Positions 20,380-28,928 of a stretch of 44,723 nt of DNA are shown here, piece after piece (position 1 is the first letter of the stretch; each line of letters begins with the position of its first letter). A program made the position numbers and the translations under genes. The notes under the pieces were generated by a model. The model was given only the letters and a program-made list of their open reading frames with translations, had not been told where the DNA came from and did not search any database. The stretch comes from Thermoleophilia bacterium (lineage in GTDB: Bacteria > Actinomycetota > Thermoleophilia > Gaiellales > Gaiellaceae). The stretch lies in the NCBI GenBank assembly GCA_019683855.1, contig JADGHP010000001.1, forward strand, positions 1 to 44,723, read 5' to 3'.

Positions 20380-20861
20380 GTGACGAGCCGGAAGGTCAAG
20401 GACGGCAAGACGGGGGCGAGAAGCGGACGATCGAGAACGCGCTCTACTTCCCGTTCCTCCGCACCGGCAAGAACGCGTTCGGCAAGCGCGGCACCTGGGA
20501 GCTGACCTCCTCGGCGACCTTTGCGATCCTGGCCACCTTCCGCACCTTCGTCGTCGAAGGCGAGGACAGCGTCTACCACTGGAGGGGAGGCTTCGACGCA
20601 GCCGAGCGGACGTGGCGGAAGCTCGGTGCTGAGCTGGTGATCACTTGCCAGGATACCGCCGAGACGCTTCCGGAGCACAAGATGGCCGTTCTGCTCGGGC
20701 GGAACTCTCCGCTCTGGAACGGGCTCCACACGATCGTCACGGAGTGCGTGACGCGTCAGGAGCAGGAGGCCGAGCAGCGCACGGCGGAGCTCGAGGCGGA
20801 CATCAAGCGTCTCCGCGAGCTCGCTGGTCAGCCCGCCGGCGCGGGCGGTTCGGAACCGTAG
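20380..20861 (+). pseudogene. Orphan ORF of unknown function, apparently frameshifted at a G5 run
   Basis: The frame from GTG 20380 reads VTSRKVKDGKTG and stops soon after. The adjacent frame continues GEKRTIENALYFPFLRTGKNAFGKRGTWELTSSATFAILATFRTF...EADIKRLRELAGQ to the stop at 20861. The two join by a 1-nt slip in ACGGGGGC. I recognised no family. Confidence 0.4.
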
Positions 20862-20887
20862 CCGGAGGTGCAGCGTCCATCCGCTGG

Positions 20888-21450
20888 CTATTCCTGTGCC
20901 TGAAGCAGCTCAGCGACTTGTCCTGAGACTGCTTCCAGTCCCGCAAGGCCGGGCAGGCTCAGATCCACAGTCGCGATCACGCAGCGTGCTCCCGCAGCCT
21001 CAAAAGTCACGTGGACGTCGCGCTCGGATCGCGGGTAGACGAGCAGGCCAGGGCAGCCGTATTCGTTTGCGTAGAACGCGACCTGGTAGAGGTCGTCATT
21101 CCTGAACGAGCGGGTGCCAGAGCGTGTTTTCCGCTCGGGATCCGCGTACTTCGTGTCGAGCACGAGGCTCGGCCTCTCACCCACGAGGAGATCGGGCCGG
21201 TAGGTGAGCATATGCCGCGGCTCTCCCTCGACGGGCGCCAGCGAGCGCTCGGGCTGCACCCTTACGTCGGGCAGCCGGCTGGCGAGGTGATTTGCTATCG
21301 CTCTCTCGAACACCTGCTCCATCGGAAACAGGAATGCAGGCGCGAATACTTCGCCGGTGGGCTGCTCCACCGCCCGGCCTTCGAGGTAGAGACGGCAGAG
21401 ATCCAGCGCCGGCCGGTAATGCGCGTTGAGCCTCGTCAGGCTCGGTCAGG
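20888..21450 (-). pseudogene. McrC-like PD-(D/E)xK restriction nuclease, C-terminal remnant
   Basis: The frame opens only at about 21450 (stop upstream) and the first usable start is at 21370. It reads YRPALDLCRLYLEG...FLFPMEQVFERAIANHL...YRPDLLVGERPSLVLDTKY...DDLYQVAFYANEYGCPGLLVYP, which matches the McrC C-terminal pattern. The N-terminal half is missing and there is no McrB partner. Confidence 0.55.
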
Positions 21451-21873
21451 CCGTCGCACGCCTTCAGGTCGAGCGCTTCTCGTTCGACCTTGCCGCTGTC
21501 CTCGCCGACAAGAACCCGGCCGCCGCGTTCGCTGGCGCTGAAACCGCCTATTCCTCGCTCTCAGCCTCCGAGAAAGACCAGCTCGTGAGTCTTCTCGAAG
21601 CGCACGGTCGGCTCGAGCAGGGACCCGTCTTCGACGCAGTCATGGCGGACGACGCCAAGGGACCGCGGCCCGCAGGCGAAGGGTCGCCCGGCGTGTCGCC
21701 GAACTCACAGAGCCGCGCACCGCGCTGCCCACATGGATGCTGAAACTCCTCGGCTCCGGGAACGTCGAGCTACGCGAGGAGGCCATCCGGTCCTTCGAGC
21801 GCGTGAAACCGCGCGACGAGCACGTGATCCGCGAGCTCCGCAACCTCGCCGACGCGGGCGGCGTACCAGGTGA

Positions 21874-22788
21874 TCTGAGCCTCGATCCACCGCGTCGGGG
21901 TGCCGGTTCCGTCCGATGGCGGGCGAGGTGCACGGCTACGAGAAGGAGGGCACCTGCTACGGGTACACGCGCGAGCGCGGCTACCACCCGTTGCTGGCGA
22001 CCCGCGCCGGCTCGGACGAGGTGCTGCACATCAGGCTGCGCAAGGGCTCCAAGGGCTCGGCGAACACGCAGCGCGGCGCGCTGCGCTTCGTCGACGAGTT
22101 GATCGCCCGCGTCCGCCGCGCCGGCGCCGTCGGCGAGATCCTCCTGCGCGTCGACTCGGGCTTCTGGAACAAGAAGATCACCGCGAGGCTGCGCGCGAAG
22201 GGTTGCCTCTACTCGATCGGGGTGAGGATCACCAAACTCGCCGCCGCCGCGATCGGCGCTATCCCCGACTAGGCGTGGCGTCGGTTGGCCGACTACCCGC
22301 AGACGGGCGAGGCGGAGATCGCCGAGACCGTCCTCAGCGACGACCGGCTGATCGTCCGCCGCGTACGCACCCTCGATCCCCAGCAGCTGTTTGCGACCTG
22401 GCAGCACTTCGCCTTCATCACGAACCGAACCGAGCCAGTCGAGCTGGTGGAGCGCGAGCACCGCGAGCACGCAACCGTCGAGCTGGCGATCCGCGACCTG
22501 AAAGACCAAGCGCTCGCGCACTTCCCCTCCGGACGCTTCAACGCCAACGCCGCCTGGACGGTGATCGCCTCACTCGCCCACAACCTGCTCCGCTGGAGCG
22601 AGCTGCTCGGCCTGCCCGAGCAGCGACCACGCCAGGCGCGAACGTTGCGGCGCTGGCTGCTCGCCCTGCCCGACCGGCTCACCCGCAGCGCCCGCCGCTG
22701 GACGCTCCACCTGCCCGCCATCTGGCCCTGGCAGCATGACTTCCTCGCCGGGCTTGCGCGAATCCGCGCGCTCCCCGCGCCCGGCTGA
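21874..22788 (+). mobile_element. IS1380-family transposase remnant (5'-truncated, with an in-frame TAG)
   Basis: EVHGYEKEGTCYGYTRERGYHPLLATRAGSDEVLHIRLRKGS...ILLRVDSGFWNKK reads to the TAG at 22270-22272. It then continues in the same frame as AWRRLADYPQTGEAEIAET...HFAFITNRTEP...REHATVELAIRDLKDQALAHFPSGRFNANAAW. About 130-150 N-terminal residues are missing, and I identified no inverted repeats. Confidence 0.7.
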
Positions 22789-22990
22789 GCGCCTCTCACC
22801 CCTCCCGTCAAACGACGCGCAGCGCCCGTCCCGGCCGGCGTGCGCTCGCGCAGGGACGCTCCGCCCTCACACGGCCGATCGAGTACGCCCAACCCGAAGT
22901 TGCTCACGCTCGACAGTCTCGCCGGCCGCCGATGAGCACCACCGACCGCTCATCACCGACCCTCGTCGATGCGAAACGGTGGATCGAGGC

Positions 22991-23170
22991 TCAGTAGAAG
23001 CGGCCGGCGATGGCGTGGGCGATCAGGAAGTTGGCGAGGATCAGCAGCCCGATCACGACCGCGAGCGCGAGCGCCACGCCCGGCAGGAGCAGCCACGGCG
23101 ACCCCTGCTCGTCGCCGCGGAGGTTCACGTGCGGGACGTGGCGATGCGGGTGCGGATGCGTGTGCGCCAT
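22991..23170 (-). CDS. 59-aa His-rich single-pass membrane mini-protein
   Basis: MAHTHPHPHRHVPHVNLRGDEQGSPWLLLPGVALALAVVIGLLILANFLIAHAIAGRFY. AAGGAGGTG lies 7-8 nt upstream of the ATG, and nearly every codon ends in G/C. It is below the ORF-track length cut-off. Confidence 0.65.
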   Translation of the reverse strand: MAHTHPHPHRHVPHVNLRGDEQGSPWLLLPGVALALAVVIGLLILANFLIAHAIAGRFY

Positions 23171-23841
23171 TCGGCACCACCTCCTTGTCCCACCCTACCC
23201 GAACTCGTGCCGGACGACACGAGCCGGGCGGTTCGCTCCCGGCGGACCTCCACGTCCGTCGGGAACGAACCTTCTGGTCCGCTGACAACGGACCAACAGC
23301 GAGCTCCAGGACTCGCTTCGGTGCGTTTCCCGCGCGTTTGGCATGCCGATGCGCCGCTGGCGAGGCGCGACGAGGAGGCGCCGATACTCCCATCGTTCCT
23401 GGCGAAATCGCACGATGGAGTCGAGCCAGGAGGGTGAGATCGTTCGAGCCGCCGCAGGCGCGCATCTCGCCGCGTTCGCGCTTGACTCCTCGGCGACCCG
23501 GCCGAGAGAATCGCGGCTGGCCAAACCCAACGGAGGTCGGCGACGTCCTGGAGCCAGACGGTCAGCGAGGTCGAGAGGTGCTCTTGCGGCTCATCCGCCC
23601 GTGGAACGCGTCGCCCGACCGGGCGGCACGTACGCCTTCTGCGCGTCGTGCTCGCGCTGGACGTCCGTGACGGAGAAGTCGACGAGAGTGACGTCGGCGG
23701 GTGCAAGATGACGCCGACCGCCCACACGCCGAAGGCGCAGACCGACGGGAGCCGGCGGCCCGGGAGGTTCTCCGACGAGAAGTCGGCGGGCGAGCAGCTC
23801 GACGAGCTCGTCCAGGTCGACGCCGCGCGGCCCCTGAGCCG

Positions 23842-24663
23842 ATGATCGCGGGGCAGGCGCATCGCGACGGCCGCGGCGGCCTCGCGCCCGCGTTTGCGGC
23901 GGCGCGCGCACGGCTCGGGCTCGTCGCGCTCCTCTTCGCGCTCGCCGCCTCCGGCTGGTGGTGGATGGCGGCACAGATGCGAGGCATGGACGAGGGACCC
24001 TGGACGGGCCTCGGCGCGTTCGGGTGGTTCGTCGGCGTCTGGCTCGTGATGATGGCCGCGATGATGTTCCCGTCCGTCGCGCCGACGGTCGCGCTCTACT
24101 CGCACATCACGAGGGAGCGTGCGGTCCTCTCGCCGCTCCTCTTCGCCGCCGGCTATCTCGTCGCCTGGGCCGTTGCCGGCGTCGTGGCGTTCGCGCTCGC
24201 GGCCGCCGGCGGCCGTGTGTGGGGCGACGTCTTCGCGTGGGAGCACGCCGGCCGCTGGCTCGCGGGCGCCACGCTCCTCGTCGCCGCCGTCTACGAGCTG
24301 ACGCCGCTGAAGGACGCCTGCCTGGGGAAGTGCCGCAGCCCGCTCGGCCTTCTCGTCGGCTCCTGGCGCGGCGGCCGGAGCGGCGCGCTGCGGATGGGGG
24401 TGCGGAACGGCGCGTGGTGCGCCGGGTGCTGCTGGGCCCTGATGGCCTCGCTGTTCGCGCTCGGCGTGATGAGCGTCACGTGGATGGCGCTCGTCGCCGG
24501 GCTGATCGCGGCCGAGAAGCTCCTTCCCTGGCGTGCCGTCGCGGTCTACGGGACCGCCGCGATCCTCCTCGCCCTGGGCGTCGCCTTGCTCGCCACGCCG
24601 GACGCCGTCCCGGGTCTCACGATTCCCGGCAGCGGCCCGATGCCGATGCCGATGACGGGATGA
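23842..24663 (+). CDS. DUF2182-family predicted metal-binding integral membrane protein
   Basis: An in-frame ATG inside track ORF 23701..24663 gives a 273-aa polytopic protein. It carries MMAAMMFPS and the Cys cluster CLGKCRSP...GAWCAGCCWALM that I recall for DUF2182. It is followed by a DUF1326 gene, the usual partner. Confidence 0.75.
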   Translation: MIAGQAHRDGRGGLAPAFAAARARLGLVALLFALAASGWWWMAAQMRGMDEGPWTGLGAFGWFVGVWLVMMAAMMFPSVAPTVALYSHITRERAVLSPLLFAAGYLVAWAVAGVVAFALAAAGGRVWGDVFAWEHAGRWLAGATLLVAAVYELTPLKDACLGKCRSPLGLLVGSWRGGRSGALRMGVRNGAWCAGCCWALMASLFALGVMSVTWMALVAGLIAAEKLLPWRAVAVYGTAAILLALGVALLATPDAVPGLTIPGSGPMPMPMTG

Positions 24664-24678
24664 GAGGCTAGACGAGCG

Positions 24679-25284
24679 ATGGGCTGGCGCATCCGGGGGA
24701 CGTACTTCGAATCCTGCAATTGCGACGCGATCTGCCCGTGCCGACGGATCGACGGCGTAGCGGGCGGGCGCTCGACCCACGGCGTCTGCACCGGCGTGCT
24801 CACCTGGCTCATCGAGGACGGGCATGTGGACGGAACGGAGCTCGCCGGGCTGCCCGTCGCCCTCGCCTTCCGCTACGACGACGACGAGCCGGGGTCGCCG
24901 TGGACCTGGATCCTCTACCTCGACGCGCAGGCGACGGACGAGCAGCGCGCCGGGCTCGAGGCCATCTTCGCGGGCCGTCTCGGCGGCGACGCACTCGTGC
25001 ACTTCCCCTGGGCATGGAAGCAGAGCGAGCTCGTGGCCGTGCGGCCCGTCACCATCGACGTCGACCACACGCGACGGCGCCAGCGGCTGCGCGTCCGCGA
25101 CAGAGTCAGCGTGCGGATCCGCGGCGCATACGCCGGCGCCGGGACGGTCACATGCGTGATCCCGGGCCACGACCGCGAGGGCGAGGAGCTCGTCGCCGAC
25201 GAGCTCCTCGTCGAGGATCCGCCGCTCGAGGTGAGCTACCGCGGCACATGCGGCTACGGCTCGACGTTCGACTACTCCGGATGA
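24679..25284 (+). CDS. DUF1326-family protein
   Basis: ORF 24679..25284 (201 aa) starts MGWRIRGTYFESCNCDAICPCR, the N-terminal Cys motif I recall as typical of DUF1326. Confidence 0.75.
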   Translation: MGWRIRGTYFESCNCDAICPCRRIDGVAGGRSTHGVCTGVLTWLIEDGHVDGTELAGLPVALAFRYDDDEPGSPWTWILYLDAQATDEQRAGLEAIFAGRLGGDALVHFPWAWKQSELVAVRPVTIDVDHTRRRQRLRVRDRVSVRIRGAYAGAGTVTCVIPGHDREGEELVADELLVEDPPLEVSYRGTCGYGSTFDYSG

Positions 25285-25302
25285 CGAAGAAGGGACTGCG
25301 CC

Positions 25303-25911
25303 ATGCCAGAGACCACGATGTTCCTCAGCGAGCCGCCCATAGACGAGGCGGGCGAGCGCGCCTACGAGGAGGACCGCTCCTCCAGTGGCTACGTCATGAA
25401 CGTGACGCGGCTGTGGTGCTGGCGGCCGGACGTCTACGAGGTCTACCGCGCGCTGCGGTCGGCGCTCATGGAGAGCTCGACGCTGACCGACCGCGACTGG
25501 GCGATCCTCGTCGCTGCCACGGCGGCGGAGCGGCGCGATTCGTACTGCTCGCTCGCCTGGGGGTCGCGCCTGGCACGGCTCACCGACGGCGCCACCGCTG
25601 CCGCCGTGATCGCCGGAACGCCCGCCGACGCGCTCTCCGAGCGCGAGCAGGCGCTCGCCGACTGGGCACGCAAGGTCGTCGACGACCCCAATGCGACGAC
25701 GGAGGACGACGTCGCGCGCCTGCGCGAGCTCGGGCTCGGCGACCGCGAGATCTTCGAGGCGACGGTGTTCGTCGCCCTCCGTCTCGCCTTCTCGACCGTC
25801 AACGACGCGCTCGGCGCCGCGCCGGACAAGCAGGTGGCGGACGAGGCCCCGGCACCTGTGCGGGACGCGGTCGCATGGGGCCGGGCGCCGGAGGCGACGC
25901 CGTCGCGGTAG
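25303..25911 (+). CDS. Carboxymuconolactone decarboxylase / AhpD-like family protein
   Basis: ORF 25303..25911 (202 aa) is an all-helical CMD-like sequence (RDWAILVAATAAERRDSYCSLAWGSRL...). The family assignment is moderately secure. Confidence 0.6.
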   Translation: MPETTMFLSEPPIDEAGERAYEEDRSSSGYVMNVTRLWCWRPDVYEVYRALRSALMESSTLTDRDWAILVAATAAERRDSYCSLAWGSRLARLTDGATAAAVIAGTPADALSEREQALADWARKVVDDPNATTEDDVARLRELGLGDREIFEATVFVALRLAFSTVNDALGAAPDKQVADEAPAPVRDAVAWGRAPEATPSR

Positions 25912-26004
25912 CACGGCGCAGAACGGAGCGCCGGTGCCGCCCGCCGAACGGCGAGCCAGGCATGCGACGCGCGGCTCGCCGCCTTCCGCGAGCTCCGGCT
26001 GAGC

Positions 26005-26697
26005 TCACCCCTCGTCGGCGGCGTCGCCCCCGCCCGCGTCCACCCGCGCGATCCACTCGGCGTAGAGCGGGTCGACGACGCGGTACTTGCCCGCGCCCGC
26101 CTCCTCGACGTCGGCGGCGTCGAGCAGCCGCTGGACGGCGGCGCTCGCGGCGCTCTTCTCCAGCTCGAGCCGGCGGAGCACGGCCGTCCGGTAGGCGGAG
26201 CCGCTGCCGGCGACGATCAAGCGGAGCGTCTTCTGCGCGACCGTCGACCCGTAGCCGCGCCAGATCGCGTCGAACTCGGGCTGGAGCTCGGCCAGCGCGG
26301 CCGCGTGGGCGGCCTCCCAGCGCTCGAGCGTGCCGGCCTCGCCGGACGGCACCTGGTCCCACAGGTGGTGGGCGAGCATGATCGCCCGCTGCGGATGGCC
26401 CTGCGCGCTCTCGAGCAGCGGCCCGAGCGCCTCGCCGACGCTCCTCGAGGTCTGCGCGAAGCGGTCGGCTACGTAGTCGGCGATGTCCGCGTCGGCGAGG
26501 CGGCCGAGCCGCATCGGCACCGCGGCGCCGTAGAGCGGCCGCTCCTTCCGCTCGAACAGCTGCTTCATCAGCCCTGGCTCCGAGCCCGCGAACACGTACG
26601 ACGCGACCTCGCCGTGGTGCTGGATGTGGCTGCGGATCAGGCCGTCCAGGTCGGGGATCCTGCCGACGTCCTGGAACTCGTCCAGCGCGATCAGCGC
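26005..26697 (-). pseudogene. AAA/Arch-type ATPase with C-terminal winged helix, N-terminally truncated (no Walker A)
   Basis: From residue 79 of track ORF 26005..26931 the protein reads ALIALDEFQDVGRIPDLDGLIRSHIQHHGEVASYVFAGSEPGLMKQLF...RPLYGAAVPMRLGRL... (Walker B onward). The first 78 residues of the ORF are antisense to another coding fragment. Confidence 0.55.
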
Positions 26698-26721
26698 CCG
26701 TTCCGGACAAGTCGCAAGCAG

Positions 26722-26946
26722 GGGGACTATGCCAACCTGATCGGCGCGATCGGGAACACGCCCAAGATGCGGGGGATCAAGGCCGAGCTCGAAGTCATCC
26801 ACAACCTCCGCTCCGAGAAGAGCATGGAGGCGCATCCCGGCGAGCCGGCAACCGCCGAGGACGTAACGGCTGCGAGGCAGCACTTGAAGAAGGTGGCGAC
26901 CGTCTGCCTCCAGCTTCTCGAGGACGCCCACGCGGCGCAGGGGTAG
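26722..26946 (+). pseudogene. C-terminal tail of a HEPN-like (Swt1-type) protein; fragment only
   Basis: GDYANLIGAIGNTPKMRGIKAELEVIHNLRSEKSMEAHPGEPATAEDVTAARQHLKKVATVCLQLLEDAHAAQG ends at a stop. G/C third-position bias is strong. The R...H spacing is looser than the canonical Rx4-6H. Everything upstream in this frame is antisense to the ATPase remnant. Confidence 0.35.
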
Positions 26947-27026
26947 GACGGCGGTCTTCAGATAGCGGCGGGCACGGAGTGAGCGCCCAAGCGGAGGGGC
27001 AGACCTCGTCTGCCGAACGAGGCGCC

Positions 27027-28925
27027 TTACGGGAAGGAGATGAGGTCCTCGTATTTGAGCCCGCGCGTCGCGGGCTTTCCCCGGTCTGTAAGCCGCTGGC
27101 GCCTAATCTCGACCCTCGGCGGATCGGCCGCGCCCATCGCCTTGATCGCCGCCCGGTACTCCGGCTCCAGCCAGACGCCGTGCGGATAGTCCTCGTTCAG
27201 AAGATCCAGGAACGCGAGCGTGCGGCCCCGGTACATCTCTGTTAGCCGGTCCTGAAGTGTCGGGTAGGGAGGTGCTTCGGCCACCTCCAACTCGAGCTGA
27301 TCGGGCGGGCGGATAGTCACCGGCCAGAACGTCATGTCCCCCGACTTCTTGACCATCGCCTTCTTCATCTCTCGCATTCCGAGGTCGCTGTTCGTGAGGT
27401 GGACGAGGTAGTAGAGGACGGTCTTGCGCTCGTCCTCGAAGACGCGGAACGGCGTGGCCCAGCGGGCTACCCCCGACCGAACGACGTCCTGGAAGCGGAG
27501 AAGGAGGCATTCCGGACGGTTCGCCGCCTGCTCGCACTCGCGCCACGCGTCGCCCCCGAACAAGGCAGTGAGCGGTTCCGCATAGTTCCCTTCCTTCATG
27601 AAGCGGCTTGGGTCGCGAACCATGAACGTCAGAAGGATTTCGAGGCGCTCGATCGCGAGGAGCCTGCGAAGGAGGCTGAGCCGCACGCCTCGGATGCCGT
27701 ACGGGTCGACCAGCACAAAGATGGGAACAGCCGGATGCTGCTTCTCGGCCCACTCAGCCAGCCGAGTGCCGATCTCTTCGAACGTTTCCTTCGTCGGGAC
27801 GATCTTGACCTGCGGATGCCTCAGCCCGTCACACACTTCCTCGAGGTGGGCGAAGTTGCCGGCGTTCGGCTCGGCACAGCGGATCAGCACGTGCTCGGCC
27901 AGGCCGGCCTCGACCACCTCGACCGCCCGCTCGAACATGATCTTCGGCGAGCCCGGCTCGCCGCCGATGTACCGCCCGCGTCCCGCGAATCCGTCCACGA
28001 GCACGAGCTGCTTGTGACGCCATTTGGTTCCCTTCCTGCCCCGGCCAAGGATGGCCAGCCATGCGCCGAGGTATCGATGCAGGATCTCGTGCTTCGCTGC
28101 CGTGTGCTCGGTGTAGACCCACTTCTCGTCGGCATCGTCAGGAATGTCACGCGGCCTGCCCATGCGTCCGTTTGTAGCGGAAGACGCGAGTGGCATGGCA
28201 TTCCACTCGCGGCCGTCGAGAAGGCGTCCGTTCGACTGGGGCCGGAGGCCACCCCACTGCTTGAAGAAGAAAGCAACGCCTTCGCGCTCACATTGCTGCC
28301 TCAGCACGCGGACCCATTCGGGTTTGATTGGACGGTGGCGCGGGCCCGATTCGCCGCCGACGATGAGCCAGTGAATGCCGGTGAGGTCGAGACCATCGAG
28401 CGGTCCGAGCAGCGGCTCGGCGCTGATAAAGCGGACAGCGGCCGGCACTCGCCTCAGGTAGTCCGCGCGCACGACCCAGCGCCGATTCTCGATTGATACG
28501 CCCATCCACACGTTTGGTGGCCAAGAAAGCGATGGGGCCAGTTCCGCGAGCCGCTCGTGTCGCTTGGTGAGGATCTGGAACGTATGACGCTCGGCCGCGC
28601 GCATGACGCCGAATACCTCTTTGATGAAGTCGAGCGGTACGAGTTCATGGAACAGGTCGCTCATGCTGTTCACGAAAATCATCCGCGGCCGTCGCCAGCG
28701 GAGCGGCTGGTCGAGGCGCTCAGGATGGAGCCGAACGTTCTCTGACGCATGGTCTGGAAGCCACGGTTTCGGTGACCTCCCGAAGCGGAGACTGATCGCC
28801 TCGGCGTAGCAGTGAGCGCAGCCTGGACTCACCTTTGAGCAGCCGGTGACCGGGTTCCAGGTGGACTCTGTCCACTCGATCGTCGTGTCAGCGGGCATGC
28901 GGAAGCGGCGAGCGTAATCGACCAT
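27027..28925 (-). CDS. Fusion protein: N-terminal DUF5131 (phage Gp37/Gp68, three-Cys motif) domain plus C-terminal TcmP (three-Cys-motif partner protein)-like domain
   Basis: ORF 27027..28925 is intact (632 aa). The N-terminal domain reads TIEWTESTWNPVTGCSKVSPGCAHCYA (C-x6-C-x2-C)...FISAEPLLGPL...WLIVGGESGP...FFFKQWGG. The C-terminal domain reads HTAAKHEILHRYLGAWL...LVLVDGFAGRGRY...FVLVDPYG...YYLVHLTNS, followed by an unassigned tail of about 85 aa. Confidence 0.8.
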   Translation of the reverse strand: MVDYARRFRMPADTTIEWTESTWNPVTGCSKVSPGCAHCYAEAISLRFGRSPKPWLPDHASENVRLHPERLDQPLRWRRPRMIFVNSMSDLFHELVPLDFIKEVFGVMRAAERHTFQILTKRHERLAELAPSLSWPPNVWMGVSIENRRWVVRADYLRRVPAAVRFISAEPLLGPLDGLDLTGIHWLIVGGESGPRHRPIKPEWVRVLRQQCEREGVAFFFKQWGGLRPQSNGRLLDGREWNAMPLASSATNGRMGRPRDIPDDADEKWVYTEHTAAKHEILHRYLGAWLAILGRGRKGTKWRHKQLVLVDGFAGRGRYIGGEPGSPKIMFERAVEVVEAGLAEHVLIRCAEPNAGNFAHLEEVCDGLRHPQVKIVPTKETFEEIGTRLAEWAEKQHPAVPIFVLVDPYGIRGVRLSLLRRLLAIERLEILLTFMVRDPSRFMKEGNYAEPLTALFGGDAWRECEQAANRPECLLLRFQDVVRSGVARWATPFRVFEDERKTVLYYLVHLTNSDLGMREMKKAMVKKSGDMTFWPVTIRPPDQLELEVAEAPPYPTLQDRLTEMYRGRTLAFLDLLNEDYPHGVWLEPEYRAAIKAMGAADPPRVEIRRQRLTDRGKPATRGLKYEDLISFP

Positions 28926-28928
28926 CTA

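Noticed and set aside
21426-21870. Plus-strand fragments (...LSASEKDQLVSLLEAHGRLEQGPVFDAV..., then in another frame ...WMLKLLGSGNVELREEAIRSFERVKPRDEHVIRELRNLA), which might be a HEAT-repeat gene.
   Set aside because: They are frame-broken, lack a start and are short. They also compete with minus-strand fragments of the McrC-like wreck. They are mentioned as island debris but not called as a feature.
21640-22521. 293-aa minus-strand ORF in the island.
   Set aside because: It is antisense to the IS1380 transposase remnant, whose motifs are unambiguous, and it has no motifs of its own.
23125-25914. 929-aa minus-strand ORF spanning the DUF2182 / DUF1326 / CMD genes.
   Set aside because: It is antisense to three well-supported plus-strand genes, has a low-complexity Arg/Gly/Pro composition, and contains no recognisable domain.
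26698-26931. First 78 residues of the 308-aa ATPase ORF (MGVLEKLEADGRHLLQ...), which would make the ATPase look complete.
   Set aside because: This stretch is antisense to a plus-strand coding tail with much better codon bias, and it contains no Walker A motif. The ATPase is therefore treated as truncated.
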